Sequence record: OR427838.1
Length of the DNA: 64,000 bases
Strand: one strand, 5' to 3'
Origin: Escherichia phage fDHCT2
The notes beneath the pieces are model-generated. The model had not been told where the DNA came from. It did no database searches and worked only from the letters and a program-made list of their open reading frames with translations. The first letter of the stretch is position 1, and each line of letters opens with the position of its first letter. The position numbers were made by a program, and so were the translations under genes. Below are positions 29,334 to 40,189 of this stretch, in pieces.

Positions 29334-30170
29334 TTATGAATTCTTCCATACTTTCTGAGCTGAGTAACGCTTACCTTTAGACATAAATTGCTGAAGTGGA
29401 AGCATGACCACATTAGCCCAATCAGCAGGTTTTATCTCTACTAAAGGGCCCTTGATATTTCCAGGGATATAAGCCTTAATCATCACGTCTGCACCAGCGA
29501 ATCCTTTTACCTTACTCCAATCGATTTTTAATTTAGTCGAGTTAGTAATGATAGGCGTACTCGCGTATTGCTTCAGCAATTCTTCCAGAAATTGTTGACG
29601 TGCTTTAGGTGGAATATAGTGTAAGTTCAGTCCGTACATTAAATTATGCTTACCTAACCCAAGATAAATGATTAAAGGATATTTGTCCCAGTATGGTAGG
29701 GTATCCTTGTGCTTGGCGTCATAGATATAAGCATAAAGCTTACCAGGAGATGGTTTAGATACCTGGTGTCCACGAATTCCTTTCTTTAATGTTTCTGTAA
29801 ACCATTTAGCTGATTTATTGTTTACAGCGGCGCCTTCGTTAGCAATCTTATCACGAATACTCTTTCTAAAACTATTCACCAAAATTAATTGACGTTCGGC
29901 TTTGGTTAATTTATTGCCAGGTTTATTCTGAAGTTTTTCAACCTGTACAGCAGTTTTAATTCGACTCGAGTATCGAGACATCGCAGATGTAAAGCTAGAA
30001 TACTTAATGCCTTTATCTTCAGCGAATTTCTTAGCCGAGACACCTTTAGCCTTAGCCTTGGCATATTCAACGCCTAAAGTTATCCATTGTTGTTCTGAAC
30101 GAGTAGGCTTGGAACCTTTTGTGGTTTCAGTAGCCTCATTGATGTAGGAAAATATACTCATCCTTTCCAT
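29334..30170 (-). CDS. 2: gp2 DNA end-protector protein
   Basis: 278 aa, basic; synteny. Confidence 0.7.
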   Translation of the reverse strand: MERMSIFSYINEATETTKGSKPTRSEQQWITLGVEYAKAKAKGVSAKKFAEDKGIKYSSFTSAMSRYSSRIKTAVQVEKLQNKPGNKLTKAERQLILVNSFRKSIRDKIANEGAAVNNKSAKWFTETLKKGIRGHQVSKPSPGKLYAYIYDAKHKDTLPYWDKYPLIIYLGLGKHNLMYGLNLHYIPPKARQQFLEELLKQYASTPIITNSTKLKIDWSKVKGFAGADVMIKAYIPGNIKGPLVEIKPADWANVVMLPLQQFMSKGKRYSAQKVWKNS

Positions 30171-30607
30171 CCTAATTTTTTCAGTGAATGTTCGGTAATC
30201 AATCTAAAGGTGATACCCATTTTATCTGCTGTAGCTTTAGCTGCTTTCCACTTATCAGTATTAACAGACCAAGTATAGTGTTCGTTGATATATCTCTTTT
30301 TAGCAGCCGTAGTCATTTTAACAGGCACCGCAGGAGCATGGGTTTCTTTAAAAGGTTTGACTTCAAAAAAGAATTGTTGGCCTGTATCAAATTTAACCCA
30401 GAAGTCCATAAAATATCGTCTTTTCTTTCCTTCAGCATTGCAAAAGTAAGGAATGACCACCTCTTCTGAATTCCACTGGACTACATTAGGATGGTTGTCA
30501 AGCCAACGCATAAACCATGCTTCCCAAGAGGAACGATATTGGATTTTCTTCCAATCACCTTTATATTTTTGTAAGTTTGTAGGTTTAAATTTCCCTGAGT
30601 AAGCCAT
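30158..30607 (-). CDS. 4: gp4 head completion protein
   Basis: 149 aa (T4 gp4 150 aa), synteny, divergent late promoter at 30634-30641. Confidence 0.7.
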   Translation of the reverse strand: MAYSGKFKPTNLQKYKGDWKKIQYRSSWEAWFMRWLDNHPNVVQWNSEEVVIPYFCNAEGKKRRYFMDFWVKFDTGQQFFFEVKPFKETHAPAVPVKMTTAAKKRYINEHYTWSVNTDKWKAAKATADKMGITFRLITEHSLKKLGWKG

Positions 30608-30618
30608 AGTTGCCTCCT

Positions 30619-30626
30619 TATAAATA
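30619..30626 (+). promoter_or_regulatory. late promoter TATAAATA (genes 53-5...)
   Basis: Exact T4 late promoter octamer 28 nt upstream of gp53 ATG. Confidence 0.7.
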
Positions 30627-30633
30627 TTAATAT

Positions 30634-30641
30634 TATTTATA
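30634..30641 (-). promoter_or_regulatory. late promoter TATAAATA (divergent, genes 4-2-3)
   Basis: Exact octamer on minus strand 27 nt upstream of gp4 ATG. Confidence 0.65.
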
Positions 30642-30653
30642 CTCGGAGGCCCT

Positions 30654-31256
30654 ATGCTCTTCTCATTTTTCGATCCTATCGATTACGAATCAAAAACAGT
30701 CAAGCCGGATTCGGGCTCATTAACAAATGCCGATGTACTGAGCGTGCCGATGACTGATATATTTAGAAATTATAAAGAATATTTTGATAAAGTGGCTAAA
30801 AACTATACACTAAAGACTTATTATATCAACGGGGCCCCACGCCCTGAAGAATTAGCCCATCAACTTTATGGTAATGTCCAATTATATTGGGTTTTATTGA
30901 TGTGTAATAATGTATACGACCCTTATTACGGCTGGATTACAGGCCAAGAAGTCGCATATCAAGCGGCAATCCAAAGATATTCTACTGCAGGTGGCAATCA
31001 AGTTCTTTATCATGTTAATGAAAAGGGTGAGAAATTCTGGAATCTTGTTAATACTCCAGAAAACCCATATACTTGGTATGATAAAGGTGATACAGAAAAA
31101 CGTTATCCTCAATATGAGGGCCCTTTGGCTGCAGTAGATATTTACGAGGATGCTATTCGTAAAAATGAATATAAGCGCGAAATAAAGATTGTAGACCCTA
31201 ATGATATTGAGTCCTTTATTTCTGCCCTTATTCGCGAAATGGAGAAAGCCCTCTAA
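30654..31256 (+). CDS. 53: gp53 baseplate wedge protein
   Basis: 200 aa, directly upstream of gene 5, late promoter at 30619-30626. Confidence 0.7.
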   Translation: MLFSFFDPIDYESKTVKPDSGSLTNADVLSVPMTDIFRNYKEYFDKVAKNYTLKTYYINGAPRPEELAHQLYGNVQLYWVLLMCNNVYDPYYGWITGQEVAYQAAIQRYSTAGGNQVLYHVNEKGEKFWNLVNTPENPYTWYDKGDTEKRYPQYEGPLAAVDIYEDAIRKNEYKREIKIVDPNDIESFISALIREMEKAL

Positions 31257-33043
31257 TGATTAACATGTCTGATAATGTAAGTTGGTTCGTCGGTGTAGTT
31301 GAAGACCGAATGGACCCGCTCAAACAAGGCCGAGTACGTGTACGCGTATGGGGTATGCATCCCTATGAAAAGGTACAAGGCCCTGTAAAAGGTCTTCGTA
31401 CAGAAGATTTACCATGGATGTCGGTATTAATGCCTACATCTTCGGCCTCTGTTTCAGGTATACAAACCGCTATGACCGGTATGGTCCCAGGTACACAAGT
31501 TTATGGCCACTTTCTTGATAAGTGGAAATTAAACGGACTTGTCCTCGGTACATACGGTTCTGCATCAAAACAAAAAGCAAACCCTAATGAAGGTTTTAGC
31601 GACCCAACAGGCCAATATCCACTTTATTTAGGTAACGATGCCGCTGCACTAAACCGAGGTGGTGAAGTTGGATATGATGCCACTTCTAACGTAATCCAGG
31701 ATTCTAACCTAGATTTAGGTATTAATCCTGACGGTTTAGATTTAAGTCAAGTCAAGCCTGACGATAATCCTAATTTCACAATAGAAAACATGCTTCACCG
31801 TGATGAAGGGCTTCGACTGAAGGTATATTGGGACACCGAAGGTTATCCTACTATCGGTATAGGTCACCTTATTACGCCACAACCTATTAGAGATATGAAC
31901 CAAATAAACAAAATATTGTCTAAACAAATAGGTCGAGAAGTTAAAGGTAACCCTGGTGCAATATCAATGGACGAGGCTTCTAAATTATTCCAAGAAGACC
32001 TTAAAAAAGTCCAAAGCGATATAGGTCGACATAGTGTTGTGGGTCCGGTTTACAATAAAGAAAACCGTTCAAGACAAATGGCTCTTGAAAACATGGCTTT
32101 CCAAATGGGTTTAGGTGGGCTTGCTAAATTCCGTGGTATGCTCAGTGCTATGCTAATAGGCGATTATAAAAAGGCATTTGAGGAAGCTCGTAATTCAGTG
32201 TGGTTCAACCAAACTAAGGGCCGTGCATCAAGGGTATCAATGATTATCCTTACAGGTAACATGGAATCATACGGTATTATGGCCCCTAAAGAAAGGTCAT
32301 TTAAAGGGCGTTCGTATAGAATGATTCAAACTTTTGCCGCACCTGCAAATTCAGACCCAGCCGACCCATGGACCCCAGAAGATACAAGGATTCTGTTTAA
32401 AGAGCCAGAATCAAGTTACAAGGGCGAATATCCTTACGTGCAGACAATGCAAACTGAAGGTGGGCATATCCAAGAATTCGATAACACCCCAGGGCAAGAA
32501 CGTTATCGTTTAATCCATCCTACAGGTAGTTATGAAGAAGTTGCTCCTGATGGCCGCAAAACTTCTAAGACGGTAGCCGATGGTTATTATATGACCCAAG
32601 GCGATTCTAATACTTATGTCGGCGGTAATAATAAAGTCAACATAGGCGGTGATGAAACATATTATAATATGGCTAACGTTCGCCGTCAGACCGACGGAAA
32701 CGAAAGCATTCATATTCGAGGGAATGAAACCAAAACTGTAGAAGGTAATGGAACTCTGCTTGTTAAAGGAAATGTTAAAATAGTTATTATGGGTACTGCT
32801 GATATAACTGTTGAACAAGAAGCATATATTACGGTTGAAAAAGATACAACAGTTAATGTCAACCAGAATGCAGATATAAGCGTTAAACAAAAGGCCACAA
32901 TCAATGCTCAAAATATGGATGTAAATGTCGAACAAGATTTAAATTTTGCAGCGACGAACATTAATTTAAACGCATCAAATACTGTGCATATGGATGGCGG
33001 TTCATTAGCTAAAGTATCTGGTGGCAACGTACAGGTCGGTTAA
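31256..33043 (+). CDS. 5: gp5 baseplate central spike with lysozyme domain
   Basis: Internal lysozyme motif LHRDEGLRLKVYWDTEGYPTIGIGHL and C-terminal beta-helix repeats. Confidence 0.9.
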   Translation: MINMSDNVSWFVGVVEDRMDPLKQGRVRVRVWGMHPYEKVQGPVKGLRTEDLPWMSVLMPTSSASVSGIQTAMTGMVPGTQVYGHFLDKWKLNGLVLGTYGSASKQKANPNEGFSDPTGQYPLYLGNDAAALNRGGEVGYDATSNVIQDSNLDLGINPDGLDLSQVKPDDNPNFTIENMLHRDEGLRLKVYWDTEGYPTIGIGHLITPQPIRDMNQINKILSKQIGREVKGNPGAISMDEASKLFQEDLKKVQSDIGRHSVVGPVYNKENRSRQMALENMAFQMGLGGLAKFRGMLSAMLIGDYKKAFEEARNSVWFNQTKGRASRVSMIILTGNMESYGIMAPKERSFKGRSYRMIQTFAAPANSDPADPWTPEDTRILFKEPESSYKGEYPYVQTMQTEGGHIQEFDNTPGQERYRLIHPTGSYEEVAPDGRKTSKTVADGYYMTQGDSNTYVGGNNKVNIGGDETYYNMANVRRQTDGNESIHIRGNETKTVEGNGTLLVKGNVKIVIMGTADITVEQEAYITVEKDTTVNVNQNADISVKQKATINAQNMDVNVEQDLNFAATNINLNASNTVHMDGGSLAKVSGGNVQVG

Positions 33044-33044
33044 T

Positions 33045-35108
33045 ATGAATTACTACGATAAAGTTGATGAAGTGGTAGGGACTGTAACAAGTCCCTGTGA
33101 TGACGCAGTAGGACCTGGTGAATATCGCCGGGTTAAATGGGAATTATATAACCCAACAGGTGCTTTTATTCAACCCGGGAATGGCGTTGAATGGGATACC
33201 GAGATTATTCCACTAGCTACACATTTATACACACAAAATCCATTTGGTAATAAGTCCGAAACTTTTCCTGCACCTCCCCCGCCGGAAGATGGAACAAGTC
33301 AAGGTATCTGGTGTGCTAAACTCGGAATATTCTTTATTACGCAATTGGATTTAGAAAATTATGTAGAATCGATTGGTGCAACTCTTTTGCCCGGTAATGA
33401 TTGGTACGGCGCTGATTTATCAAAATCTGTATTGTATAAAACATCTATTGAATATGATATGTATCGCATCGAAAACTGTGGCGGTGTATGGACGTCACAA
33501 GGCCCCAGAATGGACCCCAGGACGATGATTGCAGTTACGGCTGATTATCATATGTATGTCAACTTTAACGGCCTTGGTGACTCCCGCAGGGCTTATTTGA
33601 AGTACTATGAGACAAAACCTTGTACTTATGTTGGACTGGTATTAAATCTAGATGTTGATATGAGTATCCCAGGAACTCCGATTCCAGGACCGGTATCCAT
33701 CGGGTCTTTACCACCAGAAATAACCGGGCGAGCCAGGGCAATAAGCTGTGTTCCTTTTACAGCGGAATTCCCTTACAACGGATTGACCAATGCGATTATG
33801 GCTTCATGGAATACATCTAGGAATTCATTCAAATTATATTGGGATATGCTCCCTGGATGGCCATCATCTGGTGGAACCGATTGGGAAAAATTCTTCGATT
33901 CCGGTTATAGTAAGCTATCGGTCGCAATGGAAGAGCTAGGCAACTCAGCTGTTGCTATGTGTCAATATGTTCAGCAAATGGCTTTTCTTGCATTTAAAGA
34001 TGCCATATCACAGGTCTTGGATATTGTTGGTGGTGGGTGGGACTTACTTAAAAGCTTTTTACCCTCGATTACTATTATGGGCATGACTATTGACCTGGAA
34101 GACCTCTGCACTTCAGGTGATGGTGTACAGAAATTAAAAGAAGCATGGAAAAACTTTAATTTAGAAGAAACCATCCAATCGATTTATTCTGCCATTGGGT
34201 CGGCATACGATTATTCGGTTGAACGCGTCAAGATGTATTCGCGTGACCTTATTGATGCAATTACAGATTTGTATGACTGGGCCTGGTCTCAATTGCTTAT
34301 GGCTGGTGTTGCATTATCAAAACTGTGTGTAGACCTCGCTCAAATATGGAGTATGCCTCCTATAGTTCCGAACCCAGTTTGGAGCGTTATTACTGCGGTC
34401 AAGGAAATGATGAAGCAAGTTAAACCACTGGACATGATAATGAGCGGTAACTTTCCAGGATTCACAGCATCAGATGTTTATCAAATGGTTATGGAAAAGG
34501 TAGACCAGAAAATAGACGAAGCTTATGCAATGATTGAGGCTCTTAAAACCCAGGCACTCAATCTGTGGAATGAGATTAAGCTCAAAAAGCAAGAAGTACA
34601 AAAACAAGCTATTGAATTTAAACAATATCTTTCAGGAATGTACGAAAAAGTTACAGACGAGCTAACTGCTCAGAAGGAAGCCGCATTAGCACAAGCTGAA
34701 GCTGCACTTGAACTTTTAAAGAATAAATATAAACAGATTAAGAACTCTATTACCGAAAGTCAAACCTCCGTTTCTGATGTATTAGATATGGCTTTAGAAG
34801 AATTCAAAAAACTTCCTATTGTGGCTCAAATGGAAGAACTTCTCGGTATGCTCGGAGCTACTGTAGATGATATCATGGTTATATACGAGAACTCAGTAAC
34901 TAAAGCAAAATCTTTATATCACGAATTTACTGATGGTTCCAGGTCAATGAAAGACTTGTGCAAATCAATGTATAACCAAATATCAACATTATCCTTAAGT
35001 AAGGTGGTACAATGGATTAATAAGATGCTGGGAATATTCGGTTTAACGATTGCATTTCCATCCCTTTCCATTTGCATACCTTGTTTAGAATCTCCTACTA
35101 GGAATTAA
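33045..35108 (+). CDS. large hypothetical protein (687 aa) between gene 5 and gene 6
   Basis: ATG 2 nt after gp5 stop, ends 1 nt before gp6 ATG; Pro-rich N-terminal region, coiled-coil, hydrophobic Cys-containing C-terminus. Confidence 0.7.
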   Translation: MNYYDKVDEVVGTVTSPCDDAVGPGEYRRVKWELYNPTGAFIQPGNGVEWDTEIIPLATHLYTQNPFGNKSETFPAPPPPEDGTSQGIWCAKLGIFFITQLDLENYVESIGATLLPGNDWYGADLSKSVLYKTSIEYDMYRIENCGGVWTSQGPRMDPRTMIAVTADYHMYVNFNGLGDSRRAYLKYYETKPCTYVGLVLNLDVDMSIPGTPIPGPVSIGSLPPEITGRARAISCVPFTAEFPYNGLTNAIMASWNTSRNSFKLYWDMLPGWPSSGGTDWEKFFDSGYSKLSVAMEELGNSAVAMCQYVQQMAFLAFKDAISQVLDIVGGGWDLLKSFLPSITIMGMTIDLEDLCTSGDGVQKLKEAWKNFNLEETIQSIYSAIGSAYDYSVERVKMYSRDLIDAITDLYDWAWSQLLMAGVALSKLCVDLAQIWSMPPIVPNPVWSVITAVKEMMKQVKPLDMIMSGNFPGFTASDVYQMVMEKVDQKIDEAYAMIEALKTQALNLWNEIKLKKQEVQKQAIEFKQYLSGMYEKVTDELTAQKEAALAQAEAALELLKNKYKQIKNSITESQTSVSDVLDMALEEFKKLPIVAQMEELLGMLGATVDDIMVIYENSVTKAKSLYHEFTDGSRSMKDLCKSMYNQISTLSLSKVVQWINKMLGIFGLTIAFPSLSICIPCLESPTRN

Positions 35109-35109
35109 A

Positions 35110-37068
35110 ATGGCTACTCCTACGAATTACCAATTAACAAGAACCGTTAACGCTATCCCAAAAGTATTTGTGGGAGCTACGTTTGAAGAAATTAAAAAGA
35201 ATATTATAGACTGGCTTTCTAGCCAGGACGAATTTAAGGATTATGATTTCGTTGGTTCTCGAATGAATATCCTTATTGATATGCTTGCTTATAATACCCT
35301 TTATATGCAGCAATTTGCTAACACCGCTTTATACGAATCTTTTATAGGAACTGCAAACCTTCGTTCTTCGGTTGTCCAGGCTGCACAAGATAATGGATAT
35401 CTTCCTAGTTCTAAATCCGCGGCAAAAACTTCCGTAATGCTTACGTGTACTCAGGCCCTTAATGAAAAGAATATTCGTATTCCACGTGGTACTAAATTCT
35501 TGGCTTATGCTCGTGATACTTCAGCCGATCCATATGCCTTTGTGACCACTGATAACGTTATTGCAGTGCGTGACGTTAATAACCAGTACTGGCCCATTGT
35601 TTCTCTGGCTCAAGGACGTATTATTCGTACCGAACTTAAATACGACCCTAAAACTCCTATTCTTATTCGTGACCCGGATATTGATAGACAAGAAGTTAAA
35701 CTTTATGTTGATGGGGCAGAATGGATTAACTGGACCGATAAATCAATGGTTCACGCTGGTAGCACCTCGACAATTTACTATATGCGCGAAACCGTAGATG
35801 GTAATACTGAATTCTTCTTTGGTGAGGGTGAAGCCGAGAAATCTGTTGCAGGCGGAGTATTAGAAGCTAATTATATCGGCGGTCTAAAACCTGTTAAAGA
35901 TTCTACCATTGTTATAGAGTACCTTCGTACAGACGGTGAAGTTGCAAACGGTGCAGTTGACTTCAGTTATGCTGACTCCTTGGCTTATATTACTGTAGAA
36001 AAAATTACTGAAAACTATAACGACGACCCCGATTATGTGGGTGCTGACGGTGGTGGTGACCCTGAAGATATTGAACGTATTCGCGAATTAGCCGTAGTTA
36101 AGCGTGAAGCCCAGATGCGTGCTGTAACAGGAACCGACTATGATACATTCGTATCTGAACGTTTTGGCTCTATTGTACAAGCAGTACAAACCTTTACAGA
36201 CCCAAATAAACCAGGTTATGCTTTTGTCACCATTAAACCTAAATCAGGGCTATATTTGACAGCCGTCCAACGTGAAGACATCCAAGACTACCTAAAAGAA
36301 TTTAACTTAGCCCCTATTACCGCTTCTGTTATTTCTCCTGATTATTTGTTCTTAAAGCATAAAATTAAGGTATCATATGCCTTGAATAAATTACAGGAAT
36401 CTGAACAGTGGCTATCGGCTCAAATTCTTTCTCAGATAGACCGCTATTATATTAACGAAGTAGAAATTTTTAACCACGGATTCGCTAAGTCAAAAATGCT
36501 GACTTATATTGATAATGCTGACCATAGTATTTTAGGCTCCTCTGCTACCATAACAATGGTTCGTGAGGTATTGAACTTTTTCAAAACCCCTGAATCAGGT
36601 ATTAAATACTATAATCAATACACCAACCGTTCTGTGGTTTCTAGTGAATTTGAGTTTGTCCCTACTATCGTTTCTGAAGACAGTCCGGCGTATAATGTCA
36701 GAATTGCCGCTACAGATAAAGACGAACGTGGTGATGGTAAAATGGTTATTGGTCCTTTCCGACCAGGAGATGTAATTGAAAACCAATATATTAAACCATA
36801 TACAGGAAATGACTTTGATAAAATGCCTGCTCCTGCAGACCAATCCGTTTATTACGTTATAGGTGAAATTGATTATTATTCAGATTTCATTTTCTGGGAC
36901 ATTGCGGCTATCGGTTTAACGTCCGATCGTTTTGAAGTTCAATCTATAGAACTTTATGCGGGACCTGACCAAGACAACATCTTTACAAAAGACGGTTCGT
37001 TAATCGTATTTGAAGATGACCTCCGCCCTCAATACACGACCATTGAATTAGAACCTATTACAATATAA
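35110..37068 (+). CDS. 6: gp6 baseplate wedge protein
   Basis: 652 aa (T4 660), synteny. Confidence 0.8.
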   Translation: MATPTNYQLTRTVNAIPKVFVGATFEEIKKNIIDWLSSQDEFKDYDFVGSRMNILIDMLAYNTLYMQQFANTALYESFIGTANLRSSVVQAAQDNGYLPSSKSAAKTSVMLTCTQALNEKNIRIPRGTKFLAYARDTSADPYAFVTTDNVIAVRDVNNQYWPIVSLAQGRIIRTELKYDPKTPILIRDPDIDRQEVKLYVDGAEWINWTDKSMVHAGSTSTIYYMRETVDGNTEFFFGEGEAEKSVAGGVLEANYIGGLKPVKDSTIVIEYLRTDGEVANGAVDFSYADSLAYITVEKITENYNDDPDYVGADGGGDPEDIERIRELAVVKREAQMRAVTGTDYDTFVSERFGSIVQAVQTFTDPNKPGYAFVTIKPKSGLYLTAVQREDIQDYLKEFNLAPITASVISPDYLFLKHKIKVSYALNKLQESEQWLSAQILSQIDRYYINEVEIFNHGFAKSKMLTYIDNADHSILGSSATITMVREVLNFFKTPESGIKYYNQYTNRSVVSSEFEFVPTIVSEDSPAYNVRIAATDKDERGDGKMVIGPFRPGDVIENQYIKPYTGNDFDKMPAPADQSVYYVIGEIDYYSDFIFWDIAAIGLTSDRFEVQSIELYAGPDQDNIFTKDGSLIVFEDDLRPQYTTIELEPITI

Positions 37069-37096
37069 GCCTCTTAGGAGGCTTTGAGGAGATTTA

Positions 37097-40000
37097 ATGT
37101 CTGTGCAAGCGCCTTCCGTTACTAGTTTGAGAATTGATAAACTCTCGGCTAACCATGTAAGTATTCTTTGGGATGACGTAGGCGCCAATTTCTATTATTT
37201 CGTAGAACTGGCCCAAACCAAGGATGCGGGTGAATCTATACCCGATGATAAGTTATTTTGGAGAAATTTAGGTTACACCCCGAACAATAACTGGTTCGAA
37301 GAAAGATTTATTTCTCCTAATTCGTTTTATAAAATGCGTGTCGCTGTAGCTGCTCAAGGATTTGAACAATCTGAATGGGTTTATACAGAAGAATTCGAGA
37401 CATTTTCTACTAACGCATATACCTTCGAGCATATGCGTGAATTTACTTTATCCAATAAATTCATTGAAGAAAAATTTACCAAAAATAACCAGAGTTACGT
37501 GGATTTTAATAGTGACGCTATTATGGCCTCTATGATGTCCGAAGATTTTACTTGGACTCCGGCATATTCACACCTTTCTTCAATTTCTAATTATGTATTA
37601 AAGGCTGACCGCTTCCATGAGATTCAAGGAAGTATCCAAGCTGTTTGTAAAGACCCTAATCGTTCTATTTTAATGGAGCTTGGTGGTGTACTTTACCTTT
37701 TAGAAAGATTCCAGAACACAGCTAAGGTATCTAACGACAAAGCTCAAAACTGGCACTATATTCGTTTGTTTAATGACCGAGTAGGTAATCCAGTTTCACG
37801 TACGGCTCATTATCAAACAGACACCACAACTTATGTTTTAGGTTATGACCGTATATTTTACGGACGTAAATCGAGCGATATCAGATGGTCTGCTGATGAT
37901 GTACGTTTTAGCTCACAAGACGTGACATTTGCTAAAATTGGTAGTGATATCGACCTTGATTTTGAAATTGAAATTTTTGGTTCTTATGCACGTTTACCAT
38001 TAGCTATTTCTACTATCTCAGAAGCTATGTGTGCTTCGGACGATTTTATTTACGTTGCAGCCCGTGATAGAGTTTACAAAGCAAAAACTACTGACGCCCC
38101 TATTGACACCGACCCAGGTTCTCCTACTTACGGTGAGAAAATATTTGAAAGCGGATATTCGACTATAACCGGTAACCCTAAAGCAGTTTGTTATAAATTA
38201 GATTCAATCCAAGGAAATACCTTTGCCTTAATTACAGGTGAAGTTAAAGAAGAAAGAATGGACCCTACTAAAGAAGAAAACGTGGTTGATTCTGAATCTA
38301 AAGGTGTTTATTGGTTGGATGCCGAAACCGATACATGGACCAGAGTATTTGGTAACACTGAAGAAGAGAGACGTCGTATTGAGCACGGGTACACTAGCAT
38401 GTCTACCGATGGCGAAGAAATATTCTTTAGCTCAAGTAACTTCAAATATGAAGTAGAAGTTGATAACGAATTACCTTTAGAATACCCTATTGTGGCCTCA
38501 GCGGTAAAATATGTTAAGGACGAACAGTGGATTCACGATAAACATTATCTGATGATGAGCTTTAGAGCTAACAGTAAGTCAGATTTTAAAGAATTCAAAC
38601 CTGGTCGAATGGCCTATTATGCTGAACCATTCTTTAGTTGGTCTAGACGCGACGGGACCCGTTCTTGGATTACCACAAGTAATCATGCAATGGTTGTTTA
38701 TAACGATGCCTTATACCAGAAAATTATTGATTTAAACAGTGGTTCTTCTCCTGAACGTATTATTCATGAAATTTGGGATAAAGGCTTTTGTACTGTAACA
38801 TGCCCTAACATTGAATTCAGTGGATTTAAAAAATATTCCTCGGGTATCATGATTCACAAATCATCAGGTGAATTGGTTGGATATTTCGAGTTCGACTACC
38901 GAGTTCGAGATGAAGTTAGAATAATTTGGAAGCCTAAAGAAATAATGTTTACGGCTGAACTCCAAAACCAAGAGCATGAAATTCCATGGACCCCTAAAGA
39001 GGAAACTGGTGAACAAGACCCTGATTTGCGTCCTTTATTGGTTAAAATGGTTCCCGATAGTTATTTGCTTCAAGATTCTAACTTTGAAAAATTCTGCGAA
39101 TATTATCTCCAGTTTATTAGTGATGGCTCCGGTACCCATTATAATAATCTATTAAATCTTATTCGTAACCAATATCCTAGAGAAGAAGATGCATGGGAAT
39201 ACTTATGGTCTGAAATCTATAAACGCAATATCTATTTGTCTAAAGAAAAACGCGACGAAGTAGTTCGTTTCTTCCAAGCAAGACAATCGGATTTCTGGTC
39301 TACAAAAGGTACCGAAGCTTCATATAAATTCCTGTTTAAATTACTTTATAACGAAGATGTTGAAATTGACATCGAGTCCAAGAACTCGATTGAATATGAT
39401 ATCATCGTAGAATCTGACAATATCAGTGAAGATATCGTGGGCCAAACGATTTATACTCCTACAGGAAGAAGTAATGTTACTTATATAGAACGAAATTACA
39501 AAGAGGGTAAATTGCAATGGCGTTTAACCATTCACAATCTTTTAGGCCGTTTTATAGTAGGACAAGAGATTAAATCTGAACGCACCTCATTTAAAGGTAT
39601 GATAGTGCAGGGTGTACGCGGTAAAGAATTGTTAAGTAACAATATCGATTATATTAACCGTAACCGTTCTTATTATGTTATGACTATTAAATCCAACCTC
39701 CCTACTTCTCGATACCGTAATGACGTGTTGAGATTTGTCCACCCTGTAGGATTTGGCTTTATAGGGATTACGTTGCTTTCTATGTTTGTTAACGTTGGTT
39801 TGACATTAAAGCACACGGAAACCATTATTAATATACTTAAGAACTATAAGTGGGACTCAGGTCTTCCATCCGAGTGGTACGATAGAGTTGCTGTAATCGG
39901 ATTTGATGGTAATATAGAAAGAGACCCTAGAACAGGACTTCCGGTTTATAACGTTGGGCCTAAAGCAGGCGAACCGTTCCCTATTCCTAATGATTATGAT

Positions 40001-40189
40001 GCAGAAAATGATTTCTCTGTATTCCAAGGTCAATTACCTCATGAACGTATTAAAAAGCATAGTCCTTTATTTGACCAAAGTGCAGTAACATTTTCAAAAT
40101 GGCGCGCTTTAGTTGACGATAGGCTTAAAGCTGATATTGGAAACCCTAGAGACCCGCAAGACCCAACTCAGGTAAAAATTGATGATTAA
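37097..40189 (+). CDS. 7: gp7 baseplate wedge protein
   Basis: 1030 aa (T4 1032), synteny. Confidence 0.85.
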   Translation: MSVQAPSVTSLRIDKLSANHVSILWDDVGANFYYFVELAQTKDAGESIPDDKLFWRNLGYTPNNNWFEERFISPNSFYKMRVAVAAQGFEQSEWVYTEEFETFSTNAYTFEHMREFTLSNKFIEEKFTKNNQSYVDFNSDAIMASMMSEDFTWTPAYSHLSSISNYVLKADRFHEIQGSIQAVCKDPNRSILMELGGVLYLLERFQNTAKVSNDKAQNWHYIRLFNDRVGNPVSRTAHYQTDTTTYVLGYDRIFYGRKSSDIRWSADDVRFSSQDVTFAKIGSDIDLDFEIEIFGSYARLPLAISTISEAMCASDDFIYVAARDRVYKAKTTDAPIDTDPGSPTYGEKIFESGYSTITGNPKAVCYKLDSIQGNTFALITGEVKEERMDPTKEENVVDSESKGVYWLDAETDTWTRVFGNTEEERRRIEHGYTSMSTDGEEIFFSSSNFKYEVEVDNELPLEYPIVASAVKYVKDEQWIHDKHYLMMSFRANSKSDFKEFKPGRMAYYAEPFFSWSRRDGTRSWITTSNHAMVVYNDALYQKIIDLNSGSSPERIIHEIWDKGFCTVTCPNIEFSGFKKYSSGIMIHKSSGELVGYFEFDYRVRDEVRIIWKPKEIMFTAELQNQEHEIPWTPKEETGEQDPDLRPLLVKMVPDSYLLQDSNFEKFCEYYLQFISDGSGTHYNNLLNLIRNQYPREEDAWEYLWSEIYKRNIYLSKEKRDEVVRFFQARQSDFWSTKGTEASYKFLFKLLYNEDVEIDIESKNSIEYDIIVESDNISEDIVGQTIYTPTGRSNVTYIERNYKEGKLQWRLTIHNLLGRFIVGQEIKSERTSFKGMIVQGVRGKELLSNNIDYINRNRSYYVMTIKSNLPTSRYRNDVLRFVHPVGFGFIGITLLSMFVNVGLTLKHTETIINILKNYKWDSGLPSEWYDRVAVIGFDGNIERDPRTGLPVYNVGPKAGEPFPIPNDYDAENDFSVFQGQLPHERIKKHSPLFDQSAVTFSKWRALVDDRLKADIGNPRDPQDPTQVKIDD

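Noticed and set aside
31742-32935. Short ORFs overlapping gene 5 on the minus strand
   Set aside because: Embedded antisense in gp5; hydrophobic low-complexity translations
33021-33044. Track start (GTG at 33021) for the large 5-6 ORF
   Set aside because: That start would overlap the gp5 C-terminus; ATG at 33045 immediately after the gp5 stop is the more plausible start. Several other track starts are TTG/GTG and were trimmed to internal ATGs with SD sequences in the same way
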